From: an uncultured bacterium
Lineage (GTDB): Bacteria > Babelota > Babeliae > Babelales > Babelaceae
Reading direction: 5' to 3'
Assembly (NCBI GenBank): GCA_963848965.1
Contig: CAWKFG010000001.1
Span: forward strand, 64,001 to 128,000
Length of the DNA: 64,000 nucleotides
The notes under the pieces were generated by a model. The model did not search any database and was not told the origin of the DNA. It worked only from the letters and a program-made list of their open reading frames with translations. The position numbers and the translations under genes are program-made. Each line of letters starts with the position of its first letter. Positions within the stretch are counted from its first letter, which is position 1. This document shows positions 11,094-20,791 of the stretch, one piece after another.

Positions 11094-12029
11094 TTACCCT
11101 CGAGAAATAGATAGGAAGTAATCTTCAAGTGTTGGCTTATCGATAGAAATCTGAGAATAAGTAATGTTTTGCTGCATAAGCTCTTTCAGAAAATCTGCAA
11201 GAGCATGTTCATCTATCTCAATTGAAAGCCATTTTTCTTCTACCTGGTAGGTAAGATTTTTTTGCTGAACATAAGCAATTGCTTGTGCTATATGCTGTGG
11301 TAGAAGAAGATGGAGATGTGCAAGTGAAACGCTTGCTGCTAGTTCTTCTGGAGTATTATTAGCAATGATAGTTCCCTTTTTCAACACAAGTACCCTATCG
11401 CATACTTCGCTTACTTCTGCCATGTTGTGCGAAGTGAAAAGAATTGAAACTCCGAATTGTTTACGTTGTTCTAAGATAAAGCGTCGTATATCTTGAGCAA
11501 TATCAGGATCAAGAGCAGCAGTAGGTTCATCAAGAAGTACAATACGCGGTGTTGTCAAGAATGCTTTTGCAAGCATAACACGTGTTGTTTCTCCTGCTGA
11601 AAGAACGCTTGCTGGTCTATCTTTTAAATGCCATACATTAAAAGCTGAAAGAAAATGTTTTATTTTTTCTTTCCGTTCTAGAGGTGTAAGGCCATAGAGT
11701 TTGCCATAAAAGTTAATGTTTTCATACACAGAAAGCCGTCCAGGAAACCGTACATAGGTGCTTGCAAATGACACATATTGGAGCACTTCAGAGCGGTGTT
11801 TCCATAAGTCTTTGCCAAAGTATTCAATGGATCCGGAAGTTGGTGTCATAGTGCTCAATAGCATTTGGATAGTGGTAGTTTTTCCAGCACCATTAGGGCC
11901 TAAAAGACCTACAATTTCACCTTTGCCAACCTCAAAAGAGATGCCTTTAACAATGGCGCTCTTTTTTGGTTTGAAGATGCCTCGTGTAAATGACTTTACT
12001 AAATTTTTTACTTTTAAGACCGTTTCCAT
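11094..12029 (-). CDS. ABC transporter ATP-binding protein (NodI/DrrA-like)
   Basis: GPNGAGKTT, LSAGE, LLDEPT, SHNM; probable start 12029. Confidence 0.92.
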   Translation of the reverse strand: METVLKVKNLVKSFTRGIFKPKKSAIVKGISFEVGKGEIVGLLGPNGAGKTTTIQMLLSTMTPTSGSIEYFGKDLWKHRSEVLQYVSFASTYVRFPGRLSVYENINFYGKLYGLTPLERKEKIKHFLSAFNVWHLKDRPASVLSAGETTRVMLAKAFLTTPRIVLLDEPTAALDPDIAQDIRRFILEQRKQFGVSILFTSHNMAEVSEVCDRVLVLKKGTIIANNTPEELAASVSLAHLHLLLPQHIAQAIAYVQQKNLTYQVEEKWLSIEIDEHALADFLKELMQQNITYSQISIDKPTLEDYFLSISRG

Positions 12030-12251
12030 ACGGGGTCTTCCTTTGTTCAAATGACTATAAACTGCTCTCTTCTCCTTATAGTAAGAAGAAAGAAGCATCA
12101 CTATTATGATGAGGATTATATACTACTATAGCATATTTTAAATTTTTAAGGAAGAGCATGGTAATGCAAACATTTCTTACCGTAATGGATAGATGTATAC
12201 TTTCTTGATTTATAGCAAGAGTATATCTTATGCTGTAAAAAAGGAGGCTCT

Positions 12252-13901
12252 ATGATACTGTATTTATTTTTGGTAATTTTTAGTATAAGCGCTGTACAAG
12301 CAGAAGGAGCAAAACCTCATGTAAGTAAAGTTCCTTTTAAAAAGCTTTGTCCTCCTATTTTAGAAGCTAAAGGGACCTGTTCTGGTTGTACATTGCGGCA
12401 GTGGGCAAAGAAGATAGCTACATTGAAAGAGCGTCCTGCAGAGATATCTTCACTTCCTACCAAAGATACGTACCAGACCTCTATTTTAACACTTCAAGAG
12501 CTATTAGATTCAATTGAAACATGTGTACATACTATTGAGAATCAGTGTAAAGATACAGGTTGTTGGCTGAATAGAAAAACGCTTCAAGGAAAAGCGCCAG
12601 AAATCTTTAACATAAGGCGAGCATTCTTTCCTTTAAAAGAAGCAGGTAAAAATTTTATCTTTAAGCCTTATGCACAGCGACTTATTGTTCCGCCGGGAAG
12701 TACTGTTATCTTTTTTGGCGATCTTCATGGATCTGTTCATTCGCTTGTTCGTACGTTGCTCAAATTACATCGTGATGGCATTATATCTGATACATTTAAG
12801 ATACAATGGGCAAATACCTATATGGTATTTTTAGGAGATTATGTAGATCGTGGCATCTATGGTACAGAAGTTATTTATACTCTTATGCAGTTGAAAAATG
12901 CTAATCCTGATCATGTACTTATGGTACGTGGTAATCATGAAGAATATGGTTTAGGGCTTGCATTTGCTCGTAAATATATGAATAGAGAACCAAAAGAAGA
13001 TGCACCAAGCTTTCTTGATGAGCTTGATCGTAAATTTGGTATCTCCTGTAAAGATGAGACAATTATTTACCGCTTTTACGATATACTGCCTGTTGTACTG
13101 TATCTTGGTTGTCAAGATCAAGAGCATGTGAACTTTATCCAATGTTGCCATGGCGGTCTTGAGATAGGATATGATCCACAAAGCTTTTTACAAGCAGGTA
13201 AAACGGTGAACTATGATCTTATAGAAGTGCTTTGGCGTAAAAAACATTTTTATAGAAAGCTTACAGAACAACAACAGCATATGATTAAAAAGAATTTTGA
13301 TATTCCAACGCTCTGTAGCGATATAGTGAATCTTGTTCCTCGTGGGGCTTTTTATACAAGAACAGCTACTGGTCAGTCTTTTGGATTTGGCTTTATGTGG
13401 AATGATTTTTATACAGATCCACAAAAAGAGATAGGTCCTCGTAATTGGTCTAAAAATACGAGAATAAATACATTTGGTGGCTGGGTGTATGGTAAAGAGC
13501 TTTCTCAGGCATTGCTTTCATGGGGTAACTCAAAGACGTCAAGACTGCATGCTATTTTACGTGCTCATCAGCATAATAATGAAACGGGCGGTCCTATGCT
13601 GAATCTCCTTTGCTGTAATAAGGGGATAGTAAATGTGTGGGGCGAGAATATGGTTTATACGCTTGTTTCATCGCCAGATGCAAAACTTGAAGAGACAGGA
13701 GAACGCTGCTTTACGTATGATTCTTATTGTATGCTTACTACAGCACGCTCATTTAACGAATGGAAGTTTTCTCACTACTTTCAAGATGGCTCTGTTGCAC
13801 GAAGAAAATGGCAGAAAGTTCCTGTAAGATTCGGATCAATAGCGGCTCCTTCTATTACTAGTGCTCAAAGATCTATGCAACTTGATGCTGCTGTGCAGTA
13901 A
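12252..13901 (+). CDS. Secreted PPP-family Ser/Thr protein phosphatase
   Basis: Signal peptide; GDLHG, GDYVDRG, RGNHE, HGG, WND and RAHQ motifs; AAGGAGG RBS. Confidence 0.9.
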   Translation: MILYLFLVIFSISAVQAEGAKPHVSKVPFKKLCPPILEAKGTCSGCTLRQWAKKIATLKERPAEISSLPTKDTYQTSILTLQELLDSIETCVHTIENQCKDTGCWLNRKTLQGKAPEIFNIRRAFFPLKEAGKNFIFKPYAQRLIVPPGSTVIFFGDLHGSVHSLVRTLLKLHRDGIISDTFKIQWANTYMVFLGDYVDRGIYGTEVIYTLMQLKNANPDHVLMVRGNHEEYGLGLAFARKYMNREPKEDAPSFLDELDRKFGISCKDETIIYRFYDILPVVLYLGCQDQEHVNFIQCCHGGLEIGYDPQSFLQAGKTVNYDLIEVLWRKKHFYRKLTEQQQHMIKKNFDIPTLCSDIVNLVPRGAFYTRTATGQSFGFGFMWNDFYTDPQKEIGPRNWSKNTRINTFGGWVYGKELSQALLSWGNSKTSRLHAILRAHQHNNETGGPMLNLLCCNKGIVNVWGENMVYTLVSSPDAKLEETGERCFTYDSYCMLTTARSFNEWKFSHYFQDGSVARRKWQKVPVRFGSIAAPSITSAQRSMQLDAAVQ

Positions 13902-14038
13902 GCGTTCTTGAAGTGCAAGAAGAAGGAGAGAAAAAAGAGTATATTTGCAGTGAATGTGATAAGGCCTTTGCTTGTTCTGATACATTGGCACAGCATATAC
14001 GTACTCATACAAGAGAAAAGATACCAAAATTTTTATAA
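13901..14038 (+). pseudogene. Orphan C2H2 zinc-finger coding fragment
   Basis: Translates SVLEVQEEGEKKEYICSECDKAFACSDTLAQHIRTHTREKIPKFL*; no ATG (only GTG at 13913). Confidence 0.8.
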
Positions 14039-14218
14039 TATTATAAAATAATAAAAGGGCACTTTCTTGCTCGCTTTCTTTAACTATCACAACATAATTA
14101 ATCTTATTTGTATTGTATTGTTGACAAAATATAACTAATGCATAAGCTTTAGTATAATAAGATATATGTATCAATTCATACTTTAATAATAAGAATATTT
14201 TTAAAATTAAGTGAAATT

Positions 14219-15064
14219 ATGAATAAATTTATAGTGCTTATATGGTGTAGCATAATAGTTAATGTTTATGGAATGGGATACGATTTAGAAGTACAAAAAG
14301 ATGCGGTAAGTAATCAACAGCTAGGTTATATGTGCGGGTGTTGTGCTTTAAATTTTAGGGAAAAGAAAGATTTAGAATCGCATTATGCTTTGTTCCATGA
14401 AGAAGATAAAGAAAGTACAGTACAAGAGGATAGTGAGACCGAAGAAGTATATGTAACAGATACTGTCGTTGAACCTTGTGAACAACCAGACAATAATAAT
14501 GGTTCTGACCAGAATAATTTAGAGACTTCTAGAGGTACTTCATCTTTATTATTACTGGAAAGAGCGGTAACAAGATCACATAAAGCGGTTCAAGACATAC
14601 AAAAGCAAAAGAACTTTACTAGTAAAGCATGTGAAAAAAGAGTTAAAAAAGCAGTTCGAAAAAGGAAGGCTCCTAGCAAGTCTCAAAAACAGAAGGTGCG
14701 AGTTGGCGTTAATTTAACCGATAAGATAACAGCGGAAAATGTAGAGTATATAACGCTATCAAACGAGCAGGACAATGGTCAAGAGCAGGGTCTTTATTTT
14801 ATTGAAAGTGAAGAATCTTTTGCATATGAAGATTCAGATGTTGAGATTTTGACAGAGAACTTGCCACCAGAAAAGAAAAAAAAAGTATTGTTATATGAGT
14901 GTGATACATGTCAAAAAACATTTGTTGATCTGAGTAACTTAAAAGCCCACGAGCGTACTCATGAAAAACGACAGGCAGTCGCCTGTAAAGCTTGTAAAAG
15001 AACTTTTGCCGCGCAAATATATTTAGATAAGCATCGTTGTTCAAAAGTTAGTAATGTATGCTAG
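14219..15064 (+). CDS. Secreted C2H2 zinc-finger protein with basic NLS-like patches
   Basis: Signal peptide (VYG|MG); YMCGCC..F...L..H...H, YECDTCQKTF..LSNLKAHERTH and CKACKRTF..YLDKH fingers; KRVKKAVRKRK. Confidence 0.88.
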   Translation: MNKFIVLIWCSIIVNVYGMGYDLEVQKDAVSNQQLGYMCGCCALNFREKKDLESHYALFHEEDKESTVQEDSETEEVYVTDTVVEPCEQPDNNNGSDQNNLETSRGTSSLLLLERAVTRSHKAVQDIQKQKNFTSKACEKRVKKAVRKRKAPSKSQKQKVRVGVNLTDKITAENVEYITLSNEQDNGQEQGLYFIESEESFAYEDSDVEILTENLPPEKKKKVLLYECDTCQKTFVDLSNLKAHERTHEKRQAVACKACKRTFAAQIYLDKHRCSKVSNVC

Positions 15065-15227
15065 AGAGCAATTACGAAAGAATAGCACATGAAAAGATAC
15101 TCTTACTGACGGCTTGTCCCTAGTAAGCGTATCGAATGTGACAGGGCTTTTGCTATTTCTAGCAACTTAACAAAATATAAGGTAATTTATAAGCGCTGAA
15201 AAATCGTATAGGTACCTGGAGAGAATG

Positions 15228-16550
15228 TCACTCTTGGTTAATCATTTTTTCTAGCAAATGAGCAAGATCATGGGCAATACGCTTAGTTAGTTCTTCCTCT
15301 TGATCTTCTACCATAATTCTTAATTTATTCTCTGTGCCTGAGTAACGTACTATAAGCCTTCCAGATTGCAACCGTTTACCATAGTCTGCAATAAGTTCAG
15401 AAAATGGCGATTGTTTAAGATCTTTCTTTTCTTTAACTGAGATGTTAATAATAATTTGCGGATATTTATCAAACGTTGTCATATCCCAATTGTGAGTGGC
15501 TTTAATAGTTTCAAGAAGTTTGAGTGCCACTAATATACCATCACCAGTATTAATGATATTTTTTAATATGATATGTCCAGACTGTTCGCCGCCTAAAGAA
15601 AGCTTATGTGTCTGAAGTGCTTCAAGTATATGTTTATCTCCAACGGGAGTACGAATAAGTGTTTTGCCTTGAGATTTAAGATGTATCTCTAAAGCTTGAT
15701 TAGTCATTACAGTACCTACAAGGCTTTGTAAATGACGATAATCTGGATGAGTATGTAAAAGGAAAAGGAGATCGTCACCATCCTTTAATGCGCCATGTTG
15801 ATTTACAGCAATAACACGATCGCCATCTCCATCAAATGCAAACCCAATATGAGCTTTATGAGCAACTACAGCTTCTTGTAGTTTTTGTGGGTATAAAGTG
15901 CCCGATTCTTCGTTAATATTAAGGCCTGTAGGAGTATTATGAAGCACTATGGTAGTTGCACCTAATTTTTCAAAAATACGTGGTGCTACTCCATACGTTG
16001 CACCATGAGCAACGTCAAGCACTATAGTATAGCCTTTTAAAAAGTCATCCTGAAACAAGCCTGTTACACAATTTATATAAAGGTCTTCTGCCTGAAAAAC
16101 GGGCATCTCCATACCTAGATGCGTATAGCCTTTTTTATGCTCTTTTAAGAAAAGGCTACTAATACGCTTTTCATCTTCAGATGTTAGTTTGCCTGTATGA
16201 GTGTCTATGAGTTTAATGCCATTGTCATAATAAGGATTGTGAGAAGCTGAAATTACGATACCGCAGTTATATTGAGTATGCTTGTTCATAAGATGTAGTA
16301 CAGCAGGGGTAGGTAACACATAAGCATCATGAAGCTCTATTGGATACATAAGCAGCCCTGTTTTTAAAGAAGCTTTGAGCCAAGAGCACGACTGGCGAGT
16401 ATCATGGGCAAGAAGAATGGTACAATCAGGTCCGTATTTTTCTTGAGCCCACTGTGCAATAGCAGCTCCTAATAATGGAAGTGTCTCTGCTGTAAATGGA
16501 TGCATTCCTATACGGCTACGAATACCATCGGTGCCAAAAAGCGTACTCAT
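15228..16550 (-). CDS. glmM: Phosphoglucosamine mutase
   Basis: LFGTDGIR, ISASHNPYYDNGIK, AFDGDGDR, GGEQSGH, RYSGTE. Confidence 0.96.
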   Translation of the reverse strand: MSTLFGTDGIRSRIGMHPFTAETLPLLGAAIAQWAQEKYGPDCTILLAHDTRQSCSWLKASLKTGLLMYPIELHDAYVLPTPAVLHLMNKHTQYNCGIVISASHNPYYDNGIKLIDTHTGKLTSEDEKRISSLFLKEHKKGYTHLGMEMPVFQAEDLYINCVTGLFQDDFLKGYTIVLDVAHGATYGVAPRIFEKLGATTIVLHNTPTGLNINEESGTLYPQKLQEAVVAHKAHIGFAFDGDGDRVIAVNQHGALKDGDDLLFLLHTHPDYRHLQSLVGTVMTNQALEIHLKSQGKTLIRTPVGDKHILEALQTHKLSLGGEQSGHIILKNIINTGDGILVALKLLETIKATHNWDMTTFDKYPQIIINISVKEKKDLKQSPFSELIADYGKRLQSGRLIVRYSGTENKLRIMVEDQEEELTKRIAHDLAHLLEKMINQE

Positions 16551-16559
16551 TGAAGTCCT

Positions 16560-16946
16560 CTATGCTAATGTCTCATGTATAGTAACAACTATATTGTGAG
16601 GTATATAATCATTTAATGCAAGTGCTGGAGAAACAAAAAGATGCTCATGAGACAACGTAATACTATTGGGTCCTGACTTAAGCTCTTGCGCATTAATATG
16701 AATGGCAAGGCTCTTTGTATCTATATGAGAGAGCAAAGAGCGTCTTCCTTTAAGGTGTACCCAGACATATTCAGGTCCTTCTGGTTGTTGCTGTGTAGTA
16801 ACGTTATAGAAGCATAAGGGAACTTTAAACCAGTAATTTGTAGGGAATGTTTCTCCAATAATTGACCAGAGCATATATCCTAAAATAAGTGATGTACCCT
16901 TAAGAACCACATTACTTACAAATGCTTTTTTTATACTAACGTGCAT
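16560..16946 (-). CDS. CdaR/YbbR-like single-domain membrane protein
   Basis: N-terminal KGTSLILGYMLW TM, VPL, P..V.V.L.G.R YbbR-like pattern; lies between a cdaA-like gene and glmM. Confidence 0.7.
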   Translation of the reverse strand: MHVSIKKAFVSNVVLKGTSLILGYMLWSIIGETFPTNYWFKVPLCFYNVTTQQQPEGPEYVWVHLKGRRSLLSHIDTKSLAIHINAQELKSGPNSITLSHEHLFVSPALALNDYIPHNIVVTIHETLA

Positions 16947-16955
16947 AGAAGCTCC

Positions 16956-17807
16956 TTACATGATTTTTTCTTGATTTTTTTCCCCTACAACAGTAACAGA
17001 AGGTTCTGTATTGCGAGTTTTAGTTCCTAAAATGTTTCTTTGTAAGATAGCAAGAAGTTGCTCTGAACTAATTTCTTCTGCAATTTTGCCCTGCATAGCA
17101 AGATTAAAGGTGCGGCTTAAAATGTTAACCTTAAAAATAATGGCATCCGTTTTTGAGGAAACAAAGATAGCATCTTGTTTCCATTTATGCAGTGCTTGTG
17201 CTTCTTGTGTGATCCACTCTTCATCAAGATTAATACGCCAAGCAGCATTGATAGCAACAAGCTTGCCTTCTTGTGTAACCCACACAAGATAATCGTTTGT
17301 ACAGAGATGCTTTTCAATAAGAATATCAAAAATGTCTTTTTTTAAGTCGGCATAAAAAAGGCAAGGTGCATACAGAATGTTTTTAAGGCTATCGTTTCTT
17401 TCTACTACTATAACCAGCTCTTTATTATTATTAAGTGCTGTAAGGCTACCGCGCATAAGTTCGTCTATCCAATGAGAAGAAAACTCTTGTGGTTTTTGAG
17501 CTTTCTTAAACATAACAAAGTTTCTTTGCAACGTTTCTTGGTGAAGTACTATAAAGAGCATAAGTGCTAATGGAGCACCAGTGAGCAAGGTAGCATGTAC
17601 TGTCGAAAGTTGAGCATAATAAGAGCCGCACAAAAGAATACAGTAGACATAAAATGAGTAGGTAAGGTTTGTTTGCGTATCTCTTTTGAGCCACGATAAA
17701 AATGAATAAATAAGAGTTGTGAAAATAAAAATTTCTCCATAATCGCGCCACGGTACTAATGAAAGCTTATGAGTAAGAGAAAAAAGAATCTCGGATATAT
17801 TAGACAT
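16956..17807 (-). CDS. CdaA/DacA-like membrane protein with DisA_N fold and degenerate catalytic motifs
   Basis: Three N-terminal TMs, IVLHQETLQR, LVIVVERNDSL, SSKTDAII; DGA and RHR motifs absent; cdaA-cdaR-glmM synteny. Confidence 0.75.
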   Translation of the reverse strand: MSNISEILFSLTHKLSLVPWRDYGEIFIFTTLIYSFLSWLKRDTQTNLTYSFYVYCILLCGSYYAQLSTVHATLLTGAPLALMLFIVLHQETLQRNFVMFKKAQKPQEFSSHWIDELMRGSLTALNNNKELVIVVERNDSLKNILYAPCLFYADLKKDIFDILIEKHLCTNDYLVWVTQEGKLVAINAAWRINLDEEWITQEAQALHKWKQDAIFVSSKTDAIIFKVNILSRTFNLAMQGKIAEEISSEQLLAILQRNILGTKTRNTEPSVTVVGEKNQEKIM

Positions 17808-17903
17808 ACCTTCTCTCCTTGAGTAAACTATGGTATAGAACTCCAAACAAAGCGTACTAAGTTTGTACCTGCTTTGTATAGTATTAAGAGAGGTAAATAA
17901 TAA

Positions 17904-18923
<1,020 letters not shown>

Positions 18924-18931
18924 GGAGAGCT

Positions 18932-19531
18932 ATGCATAACCAGCATGAACATAGACACTATAGAAGAAAGTATATTTATCCCTTCTTTGTAGGGGCTTTC
19001 TTTCTTATGGCAGTTATTGCTGTATCACGATATTTCCTTTTTCAAGTACGTATTGCTAGCGATGAGCAAATTGCAGATCATATTAAACGGTTAGATGCTA
19101 TCTTTAAACGAATTAACGATTGCTGTAAAATTACCGGTTTTAGGCGCCAAAAAGACTATATAGACTTTTTAAATGTGGCAAAGTTTGAAGGTTCTCAAGT
19201 TGGTCCTATGAATCTTGTAAATCCAGGTCATTGGGAAGGACCTTACTTAGATCAGAACCTTTCTATTGAAGGGAAAGAGTATCAAATTGTAGGAACCAAA
19301 AAAGGGTACTATATCATTCCTGGCGATGGTGTAAAGCTTTCAAACGGACAAATTATAGGAAAAACCCTTAAAGTTACTCGTAGCACCGATGTAGAAGGAC
19401 TTATACGTGATCCAAAGGCGCTCCTTAGTAGTGACCGGCCACTCGCTGCTCGTATAGAGACAGTTCAAAATCCATTTGAAGCTCTTACTAAAGATGACTT
19501 TTTAGATGAAGAGCGAGAGCTTACCTATTAG
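18932..19531 (+). CDS. Membrane-anchored hypothetical protein, weakly GspG/pseudopilin-like
   Basis: N-terminal TM, long helix, WEGPYL motif; AAGGAG RBS. Confidence 0.5.
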   Translation: MHNQHEHRHYRRKYIYPFFVGAFFLMAVIAVSRYFLFQVRIASDEQIADHIKRLDAIFKRINDCCKITGFRRQKDYIDFLNVAKFEGSQVGPMNLVNPGHWEGPYLDQNLSIEGKEYQIVGTKKGYYIIPGDGVKLSNGQIIGKTLKVTRSTDVEGLIRDPKALLSSDRPLAARIETVQNPFEALTKDDFLDEERELTY

Positions 19532-19618
19532 AATCCTATACTAGTACCTGCACGTGACAAGTAAGCAATTTTTGTGTATTATATAAGAGAAATTAAAAGT
19601 ATAATTATAGGAACTAGT

Positions 19619-20692
19619 ATGCTAAAACTCCTTGTGGGAGCAATTGTTATTTTTGCTTCATCTTTCTCTTATACCTATCTTATTAATACTGTTGGGCTTC
19701 AAGATAAGGCTCAAAAAAAGGTATTACTCTATGGAGATCTTCATCATGTTGATGAATGTATAGATTTTGCCTTTACTAAGAGGCAGGTGAGCCTCTGCAA
19801 GCGTAAGCTAGCGCGGTTAAAGAAGAAGAGGTATAAAACGGTAAAAATTTGGTATGAAGGAAGAAATAAAGATGATAAATGGGCCCAGATGAACCCTGCT
19901 TTAAAGAATGATTTATTGCCTTCACTCGATATTCTCAATGATAAAAAGAATTTTGGTCTTGCTAACATAGAAAATAGAACATTTTTAGTAGACTGTACGT
20001 TAATGGGCGCAAAGCTCTGTGCTTGTAAGCATATAGATAAAGATATTTATGGTATAAAAAATAAAATACGCTGTTTAAAACAGATGGGCTATTATCCTGA
20101 AGATACGTTAGAAGACTTAAAAGCAGAATTAGAGCGTTTAAAATTTGTAAAGTCTCTTCCTTCAGATAAAGAGCTTATTGAACGAATAACTACACAATTA
20201 CAAGAAGTAGTAACTGGTATAGAAACGAATATAAAGGACTGTGAAGCTCAAGGAACATTATCTAAAAAGCATGTACGATACTTGCGTAAAGACCTCTTGC
20301 GGTCACAAAAAATGCGTACTTCTGCTCTTGAAAAGCTTTTAAAAGTTAAGGAAGGCAAACGGAAGTTTACTCGCAAGTTGTTAGAACAGATAATTATGGC
20401 TACCTTTAATCTTTTTGATAGTAATTTTGTTTTACAGGTTGTAAGTGATTCTTCAACAAAAAAGCATGTTCTTTTTGCAGGGTGTGCACATACAGACAAT
20501 ATTGCTCGTATGCTTAAAGATATGGGCTTTAATGAGTTCTGTAGAGGAGGAAGCTCCCATGAAGACCTTATAAAAAGCCGGCTCAATATAAAAACAGAGC
20601 TTGTAGCTCCTATTCACGAGAGCGACTTTAATCTTATAATGCTTGAACAGCAGGAGAAAAGCAGTAGCCAGTCCTTAAGAAATTTGAACTAA
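19619..20692 (+). CDS. Secreted hypothetical protein, possible EreA/ChaN/TraB-like fold
   Basis: Signal peptide; LLYGDLH, WYEG and VLFAGCAH..NI..ML..MGF motifs. Confidence 0.55.
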   Translation: MLKLLVGAIVIFASSFSYTYLINTVGLQDKAQKKVLLYGDLHHVDECIDFAFTKRQVSLCKRKLARLKKKRYKTVKIWYEGRNKDDKWAQMNPALKNDLLPSLDILNDKKNFGLANIENRTFLVDCTLMGAKLCACKHIDKDIYGIKNKIRCLKQMGYYPEDTLEDLKAELERLKFVKSLPSDKELIERITTQLQEVVTGIETNIKDCEAQGTLSKKHVRYLRKDLLRSQKMRTSALEKLLKVKEGKRKFTRKLLEQIIMATFNLFDSNFVLQVVSDSSTKKHVLFAGCAHTDNIARMLKDMGFNEFCRGGSSHEDLIKSRLNIKTELVAPIHESDFNLIMLEQQEKSSSQSLRNLN

Positions 20693-20791
20693 GTAAAGCA
20701 AAAATCCTTGACTCTATGAGCACCATATAGGCAATCTTTTAAGCTCTAACTTGTGTAAGTTGTTGGAATAGTTCGTGGAGTAATATATGTT

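Noticed and set aside
13836..14174. Minus-strand 112-aa ORF and other short antisense ORFs in the track
   Set aside because: They lie opposite well-supported genes or the zinc-finger fragment and show no motifs; treated as shadow ORFs.
15062..15109. Stop-codon readthrough or alternative genetic code in the zinc-finger tail
   Set aside because: The stops are mixed (TAG, TAG, TGA), zinc ligands are also mutated, and all three stop codons terminate genes elsewhere in the window.
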